Below are positions 8,191 to 17,244 of a DNA stretch of 24,000 bases, one piece after another. Position numbers and translations under genes: made by a program. Positions within the stretch are counted from its first letter, which is position 1. Each line of letters opens with the position of its first letter. Source of the stretch: Candidatus Methanohalarchaeum thermophilum (GTDB lineage: Archaea > Halobacteriota > Methanonatronarchaeia > Methanonatronarchaeales > Methanonatronarchaeaceae); assembly GCA_001914405.1 (NCBI GenBank), contig MSDW01000001.1:1599498-1623497 (forward strand), given 5' to 3'. The notes under the pieces were generated by a model that had not been told where the DNA came from, did not search any database, and saw only the letters and a program-made list of their open reading frames with translations.

Positions 8191-8577
8191 TTAGAATTTT
8201 ACTGTTCCTTCTTCTGAATCTACTGAAATCATTCCTTTTTTTGGTAGTTTGTTTATGTCAATTTTATCGATCAGTGGTATTGATGAAATAATAGCTCCTA
8301 CAGCAACTATTGCTTCTGATTCACTGTTTATAATTGCTGATGGCTCTTTATTATTTTTGCTGAGTTGATAAAGTACATAAGAACCAACTGTGGATCCTTT
8401 TCCTTTTGGAAAAACTAGGATTTTATCTTTTACTTTTTCACCTTTTAATTCATGTCCTTCTTCAACTATTTTTCCGGTTTCAGGATCTATTCCACCTAAA
8501 AATGATATAGGTTCATTTGAAAAAAGGATTCTTCCTTGAGCTTTTCCTTTATTATTGCCTCTTCCTTTAATCTTCAC
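8191..8577 (-). CDS. Aconitase X swivel-domain protein (DUF126) = phosphomevalonate dehydratase small subunit
   Basis: 128 aa. [21 protein letters not shown]...[22 protein letters not shown] start with AAGGAGG 6 nt upstream. It overlaps the large-subunit stop by 11 nt. Confidence 0.85.
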   Translation of the reverse strand: MKIKGRGNNKGKAQGRILFSNEPISFLGGIDPETGKIVEEGHELKGEKVKDKILVFPKGKGSTVGSYVLYQLSKNNKEPSAIINSESEAIVAVGAIISSIPLIDKIDINKLPKKGMISVDSEEGTVKF

Positions 8578-9742
8578 GGGTTGCCTCCTTTAGGCATTTC
8601 TCGGTACTCGAATAGACTGCATCTACTTCATTTAAGCTCGGTAGGTAAAATGATGCTTTTCCAGAATCTACCATGACCTTATTTATCCCTATCTCTCTGA
8701 GGGGGCTTACAACCATACATGTGTCCATAACAACCTTCACACCTTTTTCCTCTAGCTTAGATATTAGTTTTTTATTCTTTTCAGAGGTTTTTCTAGCCGT
8801 AAAAACCCAAAGCTTCTTTTTAATTTCTTTGTCTTCAATTTCTTTGTATATGTTTTGGAGTTCTTTATTTGATAAGTGAGGGCATCCGATAGCAATTAAA
8901 TCAACATCGTTTAGGTTTTTATTGAACTCATTTTTTATTTCCTCTTTTTCAATTACAATTTCTTCGTCTGGGATCTTGGTCTCTTTATATTCTGGGGTTA
9001 TTTTATCAACATGGTAGAGAGCAACAGCGCCTGTCGCTGCCATTGAAGCACCAAGCGCTTTCAATTCATCTTTATTTGGCTCTGATTTTAAATTGAAATA
9101 GGGAACGGAGTCTTCAACTTTTTTACCTACTATTTTGCCCAATGAACCATAATCGGATCTGGACAGTTCCTCTTCCACTCTTATAGAATAGTCGGCTTCT
9201 CGGTTTCGATCTAGATGATATCCATAGTTAGGTGTTTTTCCTATTAAAGCAGATGCTAATGCCGATGGGCCTCCTTCTCTATTTGTTCTTGCTCCTAGAA
9301 CTGAGTTACAGTAACTTACAGCTGATGATTCTGCCCAAGCAACGTGTTCACCTTTTTTAGGCTTATTTCCTATAAGGTAAGGCGTACAGGAACAGGATGT
9401 TTCAATTCCAATTTGTTCGAATAAATCTATGATCTGCATCTGCTTTTCTGCGAAATCTCTTGAAATTCCAAGTTCCTTCCATTTTTCTATATCTATACCA
9501 GCAGGATTTAAAGTGGTTTTGACTTCTACTTCTTCATCAGTGCTGGCTATATCTTTAATAAATTCAAGACCAGCATCTCCAATGGTCTTATAAGAAACAC
9601 CAGATACCTGAGCACTTTTTATATCAATCAACTTGTTTGCATCGTATATTTCTCCTAATTCGACCAATATCTCCATTGATTTTTGTTTGCTAGGTCCTTC
9701 TTCTCCTTCTAAAATATCTTCTTCTCTTTTGTTCAGAAACAT
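8567..9742 (-). CDS. Aconitase X catalytic-domain protein (DUF521) = phosphomevalonate dehydratase large subunit
   Basis: 391 aa. [60 protein letters not shown] and IGCPHLS match the AcnX catalytic-domain pattern. Confidence 0.88.
   Translation of the reverse strand: MFLNKREEDILEGEEGPSKQKSMEILVELGEIYDANKLIDIKSAQVSGVSYKTIGDAGLEFIKDIASTDEEVEVKTTLNPAGIDIEKWKELGISRDFAEKQMQIIDLFEQIGIETSCSCTPYLIGNKPKKGEHVAWAESSAVSYCNSVLGARTNREGGPSALASALIGKTPNYGYHLDRNREADYSIRVEEELSRSDYGSLGKIVGKKVEDSVPYFNLKSEPNKDELKALGASMAATGAVALYHVDKITPEYKETKIPDEEIVIEKEEIKNEFNKNLNDVDLIAIGCPHLSNKELQNIYKEIEDKEIKKKLWVFTARKTSEKNKKLISKLEEKGVKVVMDTCMVVSPLREIGINKVMVDSGKASFYLPSLNEVDAVYSSTEKCLKEATRED
8584..8590 (-). promoter_or_regulatory. 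Shine-Dalgarno AAGGAGG for the AcnX small subunit, embedded in the 3' end of the large-subunit gene
   Basis: The minus strand reads AAGGAGGcaacccGTG. Confidence 0.6.
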
Positions 9743-9756
9743 GGCTTACCTCTTTA

Positions 9757-11052
9757 TTAATCAATGTAATCTTCAAGTTCTATTTCATCCTCTAAAGGAA
9801 CCTTTACCTTGTTTACTTTTTCTTCAGTACCTATTACCTTTGTGGCGTCCATTCCAACTTTTGTTACTGTACCATCTTTTTCTCCTCTTGGATCAAGGCT
9901 TGATCCCTTTACATCGGAAAATATATGGATGTCTTCATCTCCCTTTACCCGTGTAGCTATAGCTCTTTCTAGGTCTGTTTTATCATATATATCAGTGTCT
10001 TCATCTATAACAAGACAATGTTTCATGCTACTATGAGCGTCCATTGCAGCATTTATTGCTTTTTTGCCATCCTTTTTGTTTCTTTTTTCTATTTGAACTA
10101 CTCCGTGAAGGTAACCGCTTCCTCCATCTGTTAAAATGGCATTTTTTACTTTACAAACCTCATTTACCTTATTCATTATCAAGGGCTCATAAGGAAGCCC
10201 CATCATCAGCTTATGTTCGCTTTCAGCAGGTAAAAGACCATGGTAGATAGGGTTTTCCTTGGTCCACATACCTGTTAGCTCTATTATAGGTTGTTGTCGT
10301 ACTCCGTCATATGTACCTGTTATATCTACAAAAGGCCCTTCTTTTTCTCTAATATTGGTTTTAATTTTTCCTTCTAATATTATTTCAGCTTCAGGAACTT
10401 CTAAGTCAACAGAATCACATTTAAGTAGGTTAATACCATCCTTATTTTTATTTTTATTTAGTGAATTAGCTAATTTAAACTCATCGAAACCTCTTGGAAC
10501 CCTGGTAGCCGAGGCTAATAAAATAGAAGGATGAACTCCTATTGCTATTGCTATATCAAGATCTTTATCCTTTTTTTCGCCTTCTTTGTAGTAATCGTAG
10601 AGGTGTCTCTCGACAATCCTTATTCCAAGTTTATCTCTGTCTTTGACCAGCATTCTATGGATTGAGGCGTTTCTTTCGCCCTCTTTATCTTCTGCTACAA
10701 CGATTCCAGATGTGATGTAAGGACCAGCATCCCTTTTATAGTGTTTTAAAATAGGTATTTTATTTAGATCTGGTTTTGATGTATCTATTTTACCCTTTAC
10801 TTCGTTTATTTCTTTAGGATCTTCAATTCCGTTCTGGATCTTAGAAGGTATTTCTTTTACTTTGCAACCAATTGCCTTGGCTACTTTTTTCCTTGTGGAG
10901 GCAAGGTTAGTTACGACCTTTTTATCAAATCCCTTTACATCTTCAAAGACCAAAGCCTTCTTGGTTTTTTTAGATAAAGCTGCTATCTCGTATTCAGTTG
11001 AAACTTCGTTTTTAATCCTTATTTTATCTATATTTTCTAAAAAACTTCTCAT
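9757..11052 (-). CDS. UbiD-family prFMN-dependent decarboxylase, most likely anhydromevalonate phosphate decarboxylase
   Basis: 431 aa. [39 protein letters not shown]. Placement between ubiX and the AcnX genes supports the call. Its ATG directly abuts the ubiX stop (TAA-ATG). Confidence 0.85.
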   Translation of the reverse strand: MRSFLENIDKIRIKNEVSTEYEIAALSKKTKKALVFEDVKGFDKKVVTNLASTRKKVAKAIGCKVKEIPSKIQNGIEDPKEINEVKGKIDTSKPDLNKIPILKHYKRDAGPYITSGIVVAEDKEGERNASIHRMLVKDRDKLGIRIVERHLYDYYKEGEKKDKDLDIAIAIGVHPSILLASATRVPRGFDEFKLANSLNKNKNKDGINLLKCDSVDLEVPEAEIILEGKIKTNIREKEGPFVDITGTYDGVRQQPIIELTGMWTKENPIYHGLLPAESEHKLMMGLPYEPLIMNKVNEVCKVKNAILTDGGSGYLHGVVQIEKRNKKDGKKAINAAMDAHSSMKHCLVIDEDTDIYDKTDLERAIATRVKGDEDIHIFSDVKGSSLDPRGEKDGTVTKVGMDATKVIGTEEKVNKVKVPLEDEIELEDYID

Positions 11053-11604
11053 TTACTCCCACCTATCGTATAATTCGTTATTTATTCCTAGTTGATCTAA
11101 GGTCTTTCCAACTACAAAATCGACTAGATCGCTTATTTCACTGGGCTGATGGTAGAATCCAGGGGAAGCTGGTAAGATCGTTGCACCTGCCTTGCTTAAC
11201 TTCAAGAGATTTCTGAGATGTATTTCATTTAAAGGAGTTTCTCTCGGAACCAACACTAGGTCTCTTCCTTCCTTCAAGCAAACATCGGCTGCTCTAGTGA
11301 TCAAATTATTTGAAATCCCGTTTGAAATAGAACCTAGGGTCTTAGCACTTGCTGGAATCACTACCATTCCATCTGTGAGATAAGAGCCACTAGCTATTTG
11401 GGCGCCTAAATCATTATTCATGTAATTTTTATCAGCTAGATCCCTGAAGTAACCAATTTCTTTATCAGATTCTATTTCTATTAGTTTCTCACCGGCTTCA
11501 GAAATAACTAAATGATTTTCAATCTCCGAATTTGACAAAAACTCAGTTAGCCTTAAACCATATTTAATTCCGCTAGCTCCAGTGATAGCTGTTATTATTT
11601 TCAA
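11053..11604 (-). CDS. ubiX: Flavin prenyltransferase UbiX (prFMN synthase)
   Basis: 183 aa. MKIITAITGASGIKYGLRL, VIPASAKTLGSISNGISNNLITRAADVCLKE, and LVLVPRETPL. Confidence 0.9.
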   Translation of the reverse strand: MKIITAITGASGIKYGLRLTEFLSNSEIENHLVISEAGEKLIEIESDKEIGYFRDLADKNYMNNDLGAQIASGSYLTDGMVVIPASAKTLGSISNGISNNLITRAADVCLKEGRDLVLVPRETPLNEIHLRNLLKLSKAGATILPASPGFYHQPSEISDLVDFVVGKTLDQLGINNELYDRWE

Positions 11605-11614
11605 TACGAAACAC

Positions 11615-12793
11615 CTAGCTACCTAGCTTTTTTTCAACTATATCTTTTGCCTTACCAAGTTTATACTTGGGTGAATAAACTCCAATCTCCCAATAATCTC
11701 TTCTAGAATCATTTAATATGCTTACAATATTTGAAACTTCATCAAGTCTCTTTACTGCTCCATCTATCAAGATATTGGTTTTTAATTCATCTATTCTTGG
11801 GTTTGGAGGAACATCAATCAGGACTCTATCTTCCTTCTCTACGCCAACCTCATTAGAAATCTCTTTTTCTAGATTATTTCTCATTTCTTGGTCTCTAGCT
11901 AGCTTATCTATAAAATCTTGGTCTAAAGAAGATATATTTCTTTTAAAAGCAACCTTATACAGTTTTCTGTCTAACAGTCTCTCAGCTATGTTACCAATAA
12001 ACCCTTCCTGTGTTCTCATCTTTAATAGAACCTGGTGGTCAAACATTCTTCTGAAATCTCTAGTAGTAAATAAGCCCTTCTCTAGGGATTTTTCGATTGC
12101 AGCTGAGGCCATTGTTTCAGCTATTCTGGAAGTGTGATGAAAATAAACTGTAGGCTCCATTAAAAACCTAGAAACCAATAAAGACTCAGCAGCCTGTAAA
12201 CCTCCTTCCTCTAATATAGGTTCTCCATCTATGATTTTGATTTCGTTGATTAACCTTCCATAGTCTATAGTTCCGTAAGCAACACCGGTGTAGTGTGCGT
12301 CCCTTACTAGGTAATCCATTCTGTCGACATCAAGTTCTCCTGATATTATCTTACCAAATTTTTTTTCACCCTTTATTAATTTTAATACACTGGATACATC
12401 AATATCCTCTTCTTTAAGTATATTATTTAGATTTGAGTCTTTTATCTTGTCTAATGCGAAGTCTTCGTGGGTTTTACCACCTGCGTTAGATATTATTTCT
12501 TCGGAAGTGTGAGAAAATGGGCCATGGCCAATATCATGTAATAAAGCAGCTGCCTGTAACTCCTTCTTAACTTTCTGACTTAACCCCAGATTTTCACAGA
12601 CTTCTGTGGCAAGATGATAAACACCTAGGGAATGTTCAAATCTAGTATGGTTTGCACCTGGATAAACTAAATAAGAGAAACCGAGTTGTCTAACTCTTCT
12701 TAGTCTCTGTAATTGATGTGTGTCTACTAACTTTAATCCAAGATCATTTAATTTTATATAATCATGAATTGGGTCCTTAATTATCTTTGACAT
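11615..12793 (-). CDS. HD-domain metal-dependent phosphohydrolase (SAMHD1/YdhJ-like architecture)
   Basis: 392 aa. KDPIHDYI, QRLRRVRQLG, HTRFEHSLGV, LLHDIGHGPFSH, and DVDRMDYLVRDAHYTG. Confidence 0.85.
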   Translation of the reverse strand: MSKIIKDPIHDYIKLNDLGLKLVDTHQLQRLRRVRQLGFSYLVYPGANHTRFEHSLGVYHLATEVCENLGLSQKVKKELQAAALLHDIGHGPFSHTSEEIISNAGGKTHEDFALDKIKDSNLNNILKEEDIDVSSVLKLIKGEKKFGKIISGELDVDRMDYLVRDAHYTGVAYGTIDYGRLINEIKIIDGEPILEEGGLQAAESLLVSRFLMEPTVYFHHTSRIAETMASAAIEKSLEKGLFTTRDFRRMFDHQVLLKMRTQEGFIGNIAERLLDRKLYKVAFKRNISSLDQDFIDKLARDQEMRNNLEKEISNEVGVEKEDRVLIDVPPNPRIDELKTNILIDGAVKRLDEVSNIVSILNDSRRDYWEIGVYSPKYKLGKAKDIVEKKLGS

Positions 12794-12808
12794 CTAATTT
12801 CCCCAATT

Positions 12809-13195
12809 CTATAAAACGCTAATTCTAACCTCTCTGGTTCTTGGGCCATCAAGTTCAATGAATAAAACAGATTGCCAGGTACCTAAATCCATTTCACCGT
12901 CTTTAATGGGCAAGGTTATAGACGAATCTAATAAAATAGACCTCAAATGTGATTCAGCATTGTTATCTATTTTGTTATGTCTCCAGTTGTCACTAGAAAC
13001 TATTTCAGTTAGTAATTGATCTATATCTGATATTAAATTACTTTCATTTTCATTTACAGTTAGACCAGTAGTTGTGTGTTTAGAGAAAATATTAATCAAT
13101 CCTTCTTTTCTTGAGATTTCCTTATTGATTTCTTTTGTTATATCAATTATTTCAGTTTTTTCTTTAGTTTCTATGGATAGGTTCGAAATATTCAT
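12809..13195 (-). CDS. YjbQ/UPF0047-family protein (annotated in databases as secondary thiamine-phosphate synthase)
   Basis: 128 aa. EIIDITKEI, FSKHTTTGLTVNENE, NAESHLRSILL, GTWQSVLFIELDGPRTREV. Confidence 0.8.
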   Translation of the reverse strand: MNISNLSIETKEKTEIIDITKEINKEISRKEGLINIFSKHTTTGLTVNENESNLISDIDQLLTEIVSSDNWRHNKIDNNAESHLRSILLDSSITLPIKDGEMDLGTWQSVLFIELDGPRTREVRISVL

Positions 13196-13224
13196 TTATT
13201 TCTCACAATGATTCATTTACCAGT

Positions 13225-13932
13225 ATGGCAATTCAAATTACCGGTTTGAAACTTCCAATCATAAATGAAGGAGACGAAATCTCTCAGATCATAAAGGATG
13301 AGAGAGAGTTTGAGGGCAGCGAGATCCTGGTGATAGCTCATTCAATTATTTCTAAGGCAAATGGACAGAGGACCAACTTAAAAGATGTAGATCCAGGTGA
13401 AAGAGCAAAAAAATTAGCTAAAAAATCTAATAAGGATCCAAGAGTCTGTGAACTAATAATAAAAGAATCAAATGTGATAAAGATAGGAAAAGATTTTATT
13501 ATAACCGAAAAAAATAACAGGATTTGCGCAAATGCCGGTATAGATAAATCTAATGCAGGAAAGGGGAATGTCCTTTTACCGCCGAAGAAACCTAATCAAG
13601 AGGCAGAAAAAATATTAAAGGAAATAGATTGTCAAGGTGTTATAATATCTGATAGCATAGGCCGACCATTTAGAAAAGGTGCTGTAGGAACTACAATTGG
13701 CTACGCCGGCTTAAAGCCTTTTTCTTCGTATAAAGGCCTAGAGGACCTATATGGGCGAAAACTTGAAACGACGGTTGAATGTGTAGCAGATGAACTAGCA
13801 GCTTCAGCAAACTTAGTTTTTGGAGAAGCAAGCAAATCAAAACCAGTTGCAGTAATAGAAGGTTTCAAAAGAGAAGGAGAACCGAGGGATGGAAAAATTG
13901 AACGAGAAAAAAATCAATCTGTCTTTAGGTGA
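13225..13932 (+). CDS. cofE: Coenzyme F420-0:L-glutamate ligase
   Basis: 235 aa. LPIINEGDEISQII, VIAHSIISKANG, CANAGIDKSNA, IISDSIGRPFRKGAVGTTIGYAG. Confidence 0.9.
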   Translation: MAIQITGLKLPIINEGDEISQIIKDEREFEGSEILVIAHSIISKANGQRTNLKDVDPGERAKKLAKKSNKDPRVCELIIKESNVIKIGKDFIITEKNNRICANAGIDKSNAGKGNVLLPPKKPNQEAEKILKEIDCQGVIISDSIGRPFRKGAVGTTIGYAGLKPFSSYKGLEDLYGRKLETTVECVADELAASANLVFGEASKSKPVAVIEGFKREGEPRDGKIEREKNQSVFR

Positions 13933-13939
13933 ATTATAG

Positions 13940-14839
13940 ATGCTTTTTCTTTCAGGAGGAACTGGAACACCCAAGTTGTTAAGAGGATTTAAATCGGTAA
14001 TAGACGAAAGCGAGATCAAAGTAGTTGTAAATACTGCGGATGACATTAAGTTATCAGGAAATTTGATCTGTCCCGACATTGATTCTGTTTTATATACTCT
14101 TGCAGGAATAATAGACGATGAAAAGTGGTGGGGGATTGAAGGAGATACCTTTGTCACTCACAACTACTTAAATGAATATGACGAATCTGAGTTTATGAAG
14201 ATTGGTGATAGGGATCGTGCAACCCACATTGCGAGAACTAAATTATTGAATATGGGTAAAAGTTTAACAGAGACTACTGAGATAATGGCCGATAGAATGA
14301 ATATAAAAGCTACAATTACTCCAATGACAGACGATGAGGTAAGCACATATATCAAGACGGGAGAGAAAGGTGAATTACATTTTCAAAGATGGTGGGTTCA
14401 GAACCAGGGAAAGGGAAAAATAGAGGAAATAAACTTTAAGGGCCTAGAAAAAGCTTCACCTTCTTCTAAGTTTAAAAAAATGCTAAAAGAAGAAAAAAAA
14501 TTAATTATAGGCCCAAGCAATCCTATAACTAGCATATACCCTATAATTTCGTTGGGAGATATAAGGGAAAGATTGAGAAATGAAGTCGAAGTTGTTGCTA
14601 TTAGTCCGATGATAGGAGAGGAACCCGTAAGTGGACCTGCAAGGAAATTGATGGAAGAATTTGGGTTGGAACCGAATTCAAATGGAATTCTTAGTTTTTA
14701 CCAGGACTTCTTGGATACTCTAATAGTGGATGAAAAAGATCTTAATCCACCAAGAAACTGTATAACCTTGGATACATTAATGAATAACCCAAAAAAAGAA
14801 ATAAAGTTAGCGGAAGCTATTTATGAGGAGATAATGTGA
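13940..14839 (+). CDS. cofD: 2-phospho-L-lactate transferase (F420 biosynthesis)
   Basis: 299 aa. LSGGTGTPKLLRG, NTADD, PDIDSVLYTLAG, GDRDRATH, IIGPSNPITSI. Confidence 0.9.
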   Translation: MLFLSGGTGTPKLLRGFKSVIDESEIKVVVNTADDIKLSGNLICPDIDSVLYTLAGIIDDEKWWGIEGDTFVTHNYLNEYDESEFMKIGDRDRATHIARTKLLNMGKSLTETTEIMADRMNIKATITPMTDDEVSTYIKTGEKGELHFQRWWVQNQGKGKIEEINFKGLEKASPSSKFKKMLKEEKKLIIGPSNPITSIYPIISLGDIRERLRNEVEVVAISPMIGEEPVSGPARKLMEEFGLEPNSNGILSFYQDFLDTLIVDEKDLNPPRNCITLDTLMNNPKKEIKLAEAIYEEIM

Positions 14840-15684
14840 AAAAGTCTGATTACATAAGGCTTAGTTTGTTATATGAACTATCAACAACTCCTAAACCAGG
14901 ATGTGTGGATAGAAACCATGAACACATAGATACATCCTTTAATGACTTTATAACATCTGCAATAAGTGTTTCTAGAGTTTTTGAAGAGAATAAAACCTCG
15001 AAACTTGGTTCAATCATATCTCTATCTGCAAAAGGAATGGCAAGATCTCATGAAGGAGGAAATACACATTTTGGAGCAGTATTACTATTGTCACCTCTTT
15101 ATAAGGCATCTGAATCGCTGAATGAAATAACACCTGATAGCTTAAGAAAAACGGCTTCAAGCTTAATAGAGAGATCTGATGTTGAAGATGCAGCTAACTT
15201 CTATAGAGCACTTGATTATGTCGAAGTAGGTGGACTTGAGGAAAAGGATGTAAAGGAACTAGATGCAACATCTGATTTAGCTATAAAAGAAGTCACTGAA
15301 AAAAATATTACATTTAAAGAACTAATGGAAAAATCAAAGCAAAGAGATACAATAGCTAAGGAACTGATCAATGGCTTCGAAAAAACATATGAGGGCTTTA
15401 AATTTCTTAAAGAAAAAGATTTAAATAACGAAAATCTGGTAAAAACATTTATAAGTCTACTCAAATACCCAGATACCCATGTAGCCAAAGTACACGGAAA
15501 AGACCAGTCTAAAAAACTATCTGAGAGAGCCAAGCAGATCATAGAAAATGACTACTCCATTAAACAAATTAAAAAACTAGATAAAAGATTGAATGAAAAA
15601 GGAATAAGCCCAGGAACAACGGCCGATCTACTTTCATCAGTAATATACCTAAAATTACTCTACGACAACAATGAATTTAAATAA
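14836..15684 (+). CDS. CitG-like triphosphoribosyl-dephospho-CoA synthase family protein (methanogen/H4MPT-associated clade)
   Basis: 282 aa. LLYELSTTPKPGCVDRNHEHIDTSFNDFITSA is the CitG signature, and the C-terminus carries GISPGTTADLL. The GTG start overlaps the cofD stop (ATGTGA). Confidence 0.78.
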   Translation: MKKSDYIRLSLLYELSTTPKPGCVDRNHEHIDTSFNDFITSAISVSRVFEENKTSKLGSIISLSAKGMARSHEGGNTHFGAVLLLSPLYKASESLNEITPDSLRKTASSLIERSDVEDAANFYRALDYVEVGGLEEKDVKELDATSDLAIKEVTEKNITFKELMEKSKQRDTIAKELINGFEKTYEGFKFLKEKDLNNENLVKTFISLLKYPDTHVAKVHGKDQSKKLSERAKQIIENDYSIKQIKKLDKRLNEKGISPGTTADLLSSVIYLKLLYDNNEFK

Positions 15685-16243
15685 AATAGGTTTTAAAGAA
15701 AATAGAACAATAGAAACTATATTTACAATAAAAAACAAACAAGATTACCTAATAACTCCTATAGGCGTATGGAAAGAAAAATCAAAGCTCAAATCAAAGA
15801 TATATAGTGGCAACCGATTATTTGAAAAAATAAAAGAAGGAGATAAAGTAGGCATAAACCTAACTAATGACCCCGAGTTTTTTTACAAATCAATAATGGA
15901 TGAAGAAATAAAAAACAACGGTTACAAGATCAAGCAAGCTAATATATTCATCAAGGCAGAAGTAAAGAAAATAGAAGATTACACAGATTTCATCTATGTC
16001 TGGATGGACACATCTAATGTCCAAAAAAAATCAATAGATCCAGAAGGATACTGTAGAGCCAGACAATCAATAATAGAAGCCCTAATACATTATACTAAAC
16101 TGGATATAGACCTAGAACACATGAAATACATTAAACACTACATGAAGATAGTAGAAAAAGTAGGTAGTAAATGGGAAAAAGATCTAATGTCTAAAATACT
16201 GGAAGAAGCAAAAAATAAAAACCAAGAGATAAGAGAAAAATAA
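15671..16243 (+). CDS. DUF447-family protein (split-barrel-like; H4MPT-biosynthesis associated)
   Basis: 190 aa. The N-terminus IETIFTIKNK..YLITPIGVW resembles DUF447 as I recall it. The start overlaps the CitG-like stop by 14 nt. Confidence 0.55.
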   Translation: MNLNKIGFKENRTIETIFTIKNKQDYLITPIGVWKEKSKLKSKIYSGNRLFEKIKEGDKVGINLTNDPEFFYKSIMDEEIKNNGYKIKQANIFIKAEVKKIEDYTDFIYVWMDTSNVQKKSIDPEGYCRARQSIIEALIHYTKLDIDLEHMKYIKHYMKIVEKVGSKWEKDLMSKILEEAKNKNQEIREK

Positions 16244-16921
16244 TTAAAACCTCTTATTGATCCTACTTTTTATTTCTCTCCAGATTGAACTTACGGCTTG
16301 ATTAAGAAATAGAGACACAGGGGTCTTCTTTAATTCTATACGGGTTTTATTTTCTTTGATTGCATTGAGTATATTGGACTTGTCATTGGTATCCACATAT
16401 GTAACGCCATATCCAACCATCTGAGGGATATGAGAATCACTTCCTGCTACGATAGGAATATTGTTCTTTTCTGTAAACCATTTAGCCCTTTTATTTGCAA
16501 GCCCAGTAATATATCTAGAGTTGTATACTTCGACCGCATCTACTTCCACTCCATCCTCCTTTATCTTACCTCCGATACCATGCCTGTATCTATGAAATAT
16601 ATGCGGGGCAATAAGAAATCCACCTTTTTCCCTAGCAATAGATATAGTTTCCCTTATTGGCAGATTTGATGGAATTTTTTCGTTAATTCCTAAAACAAGT
16701 AGATGACCATCCGCCGTAGTTGTTTCTTGTCCACCAATAATTTTAATTTCACGGTCCCTACATAGCTCTTTTGCCTTTTTATTTCCTTCAATTGTATCGT
16801 GATCTGTTATTGCTATTGCATCCAAGTTTTTTCCCTCAGCTTCTCTAATTATCTCCAAAACTTCGCCCTTTCCGTCCTTGGAGTACTTTGAATGGATATG
16901 GAGGTCAACTTTCAGACTAAT
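16244..16921 (-). CDS. PHP-domain (polymerase/histidinol-phosphatase-like) metal-dependent phosphoesterase; 5' end extended beyond the ORF-track start, non-canonical start
   Basis: The track ORF (TTG at 16858) starts at ...[31 protein letters not shown]. The same frame stays open upstream and encodes [21 protein letters not shown], carrying the obligatory PHP HxH motif. The only start candidates are ATT (16921-16919) or CTG (16915-16913), with GGTG 5 nt upstream of the ATT. Confidence 0.75.
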   Translation of the reverse strand: MSLKVDLHIHSKYSKDGKGEVLEIIREAEGKNLDAIAITDHDTIEGNKKAKELCRDREIKIIGGQETTTADGHLLVLGINEKIPSNLPIRETISIAREKGGFLIAPHIFHRYRHGIGGKIKEDGVEVDAVEVYNSRYITGLANKRAKWFTEKNNIPIVAGSDSHIPQMVGYGVTYVDTNDKSNILNAIKENKTRIELKKTPVSLFLNQAVSSIWREIKSRINKRF

Positions 16922-17244
16922 ATGAAAACACCTTCACTAAGTATGCTCTGAGAACCAAATCCGAAATTACGAATGATATACATCTAAACATTGGAGTTCC
17001 TAAAATAAATAATCTAATTACATATATCCGCTAAAAATAATTCAAACATTGTTTATTAACTAATTTATGTTAGGCAAAAAAGTTACATACCTTAACAATT
17101 TCAAATAATAAGCAATGAACAATATTCCCAAAAAAACCCAATTTAAGAAGAAAACAAACCCAAACTCCAAAAAATTACTAAAAAAAAATAAATACACTTA
17201 AGAAAAAAAATACACAGATAATCCATAACCTTTAATACTAACAC

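Noticed and set aside
6603-11604. Reading the UbiA-like(?), UbiE-like, UbiD and UbiX genes together as a quinone biosynthesis cluster
   Set aside because: UbiD and UbiX are contiguous and co-oriented with both AcnX subunits, the hallmark of the archaeal mevalonate route. The membrane/methyltransferase pair is on the opposite strand across a convergent gap. The UbiA resemblance is too weak to support the reading.
8673-12137. ORF-track entries on the plus strand inside the minus-strand operon (8673-8879, 9633-9956, 9809-10036, 10044-10250, 10259-10534, 10862-11095, 11192-11383, 11718-12137)
   Set aside because: They are antisense shadow ORFs of well-supported genes. Their composition is low-complexity and rich in L/F/S, with no recognisable motifs.
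13837-15542. Minus-strand ORFs 13837-14157, 14164-14355 and 15216-15542
   Set aside because: They are antisense shadows of the cofE/cofD/CitG-like genes.
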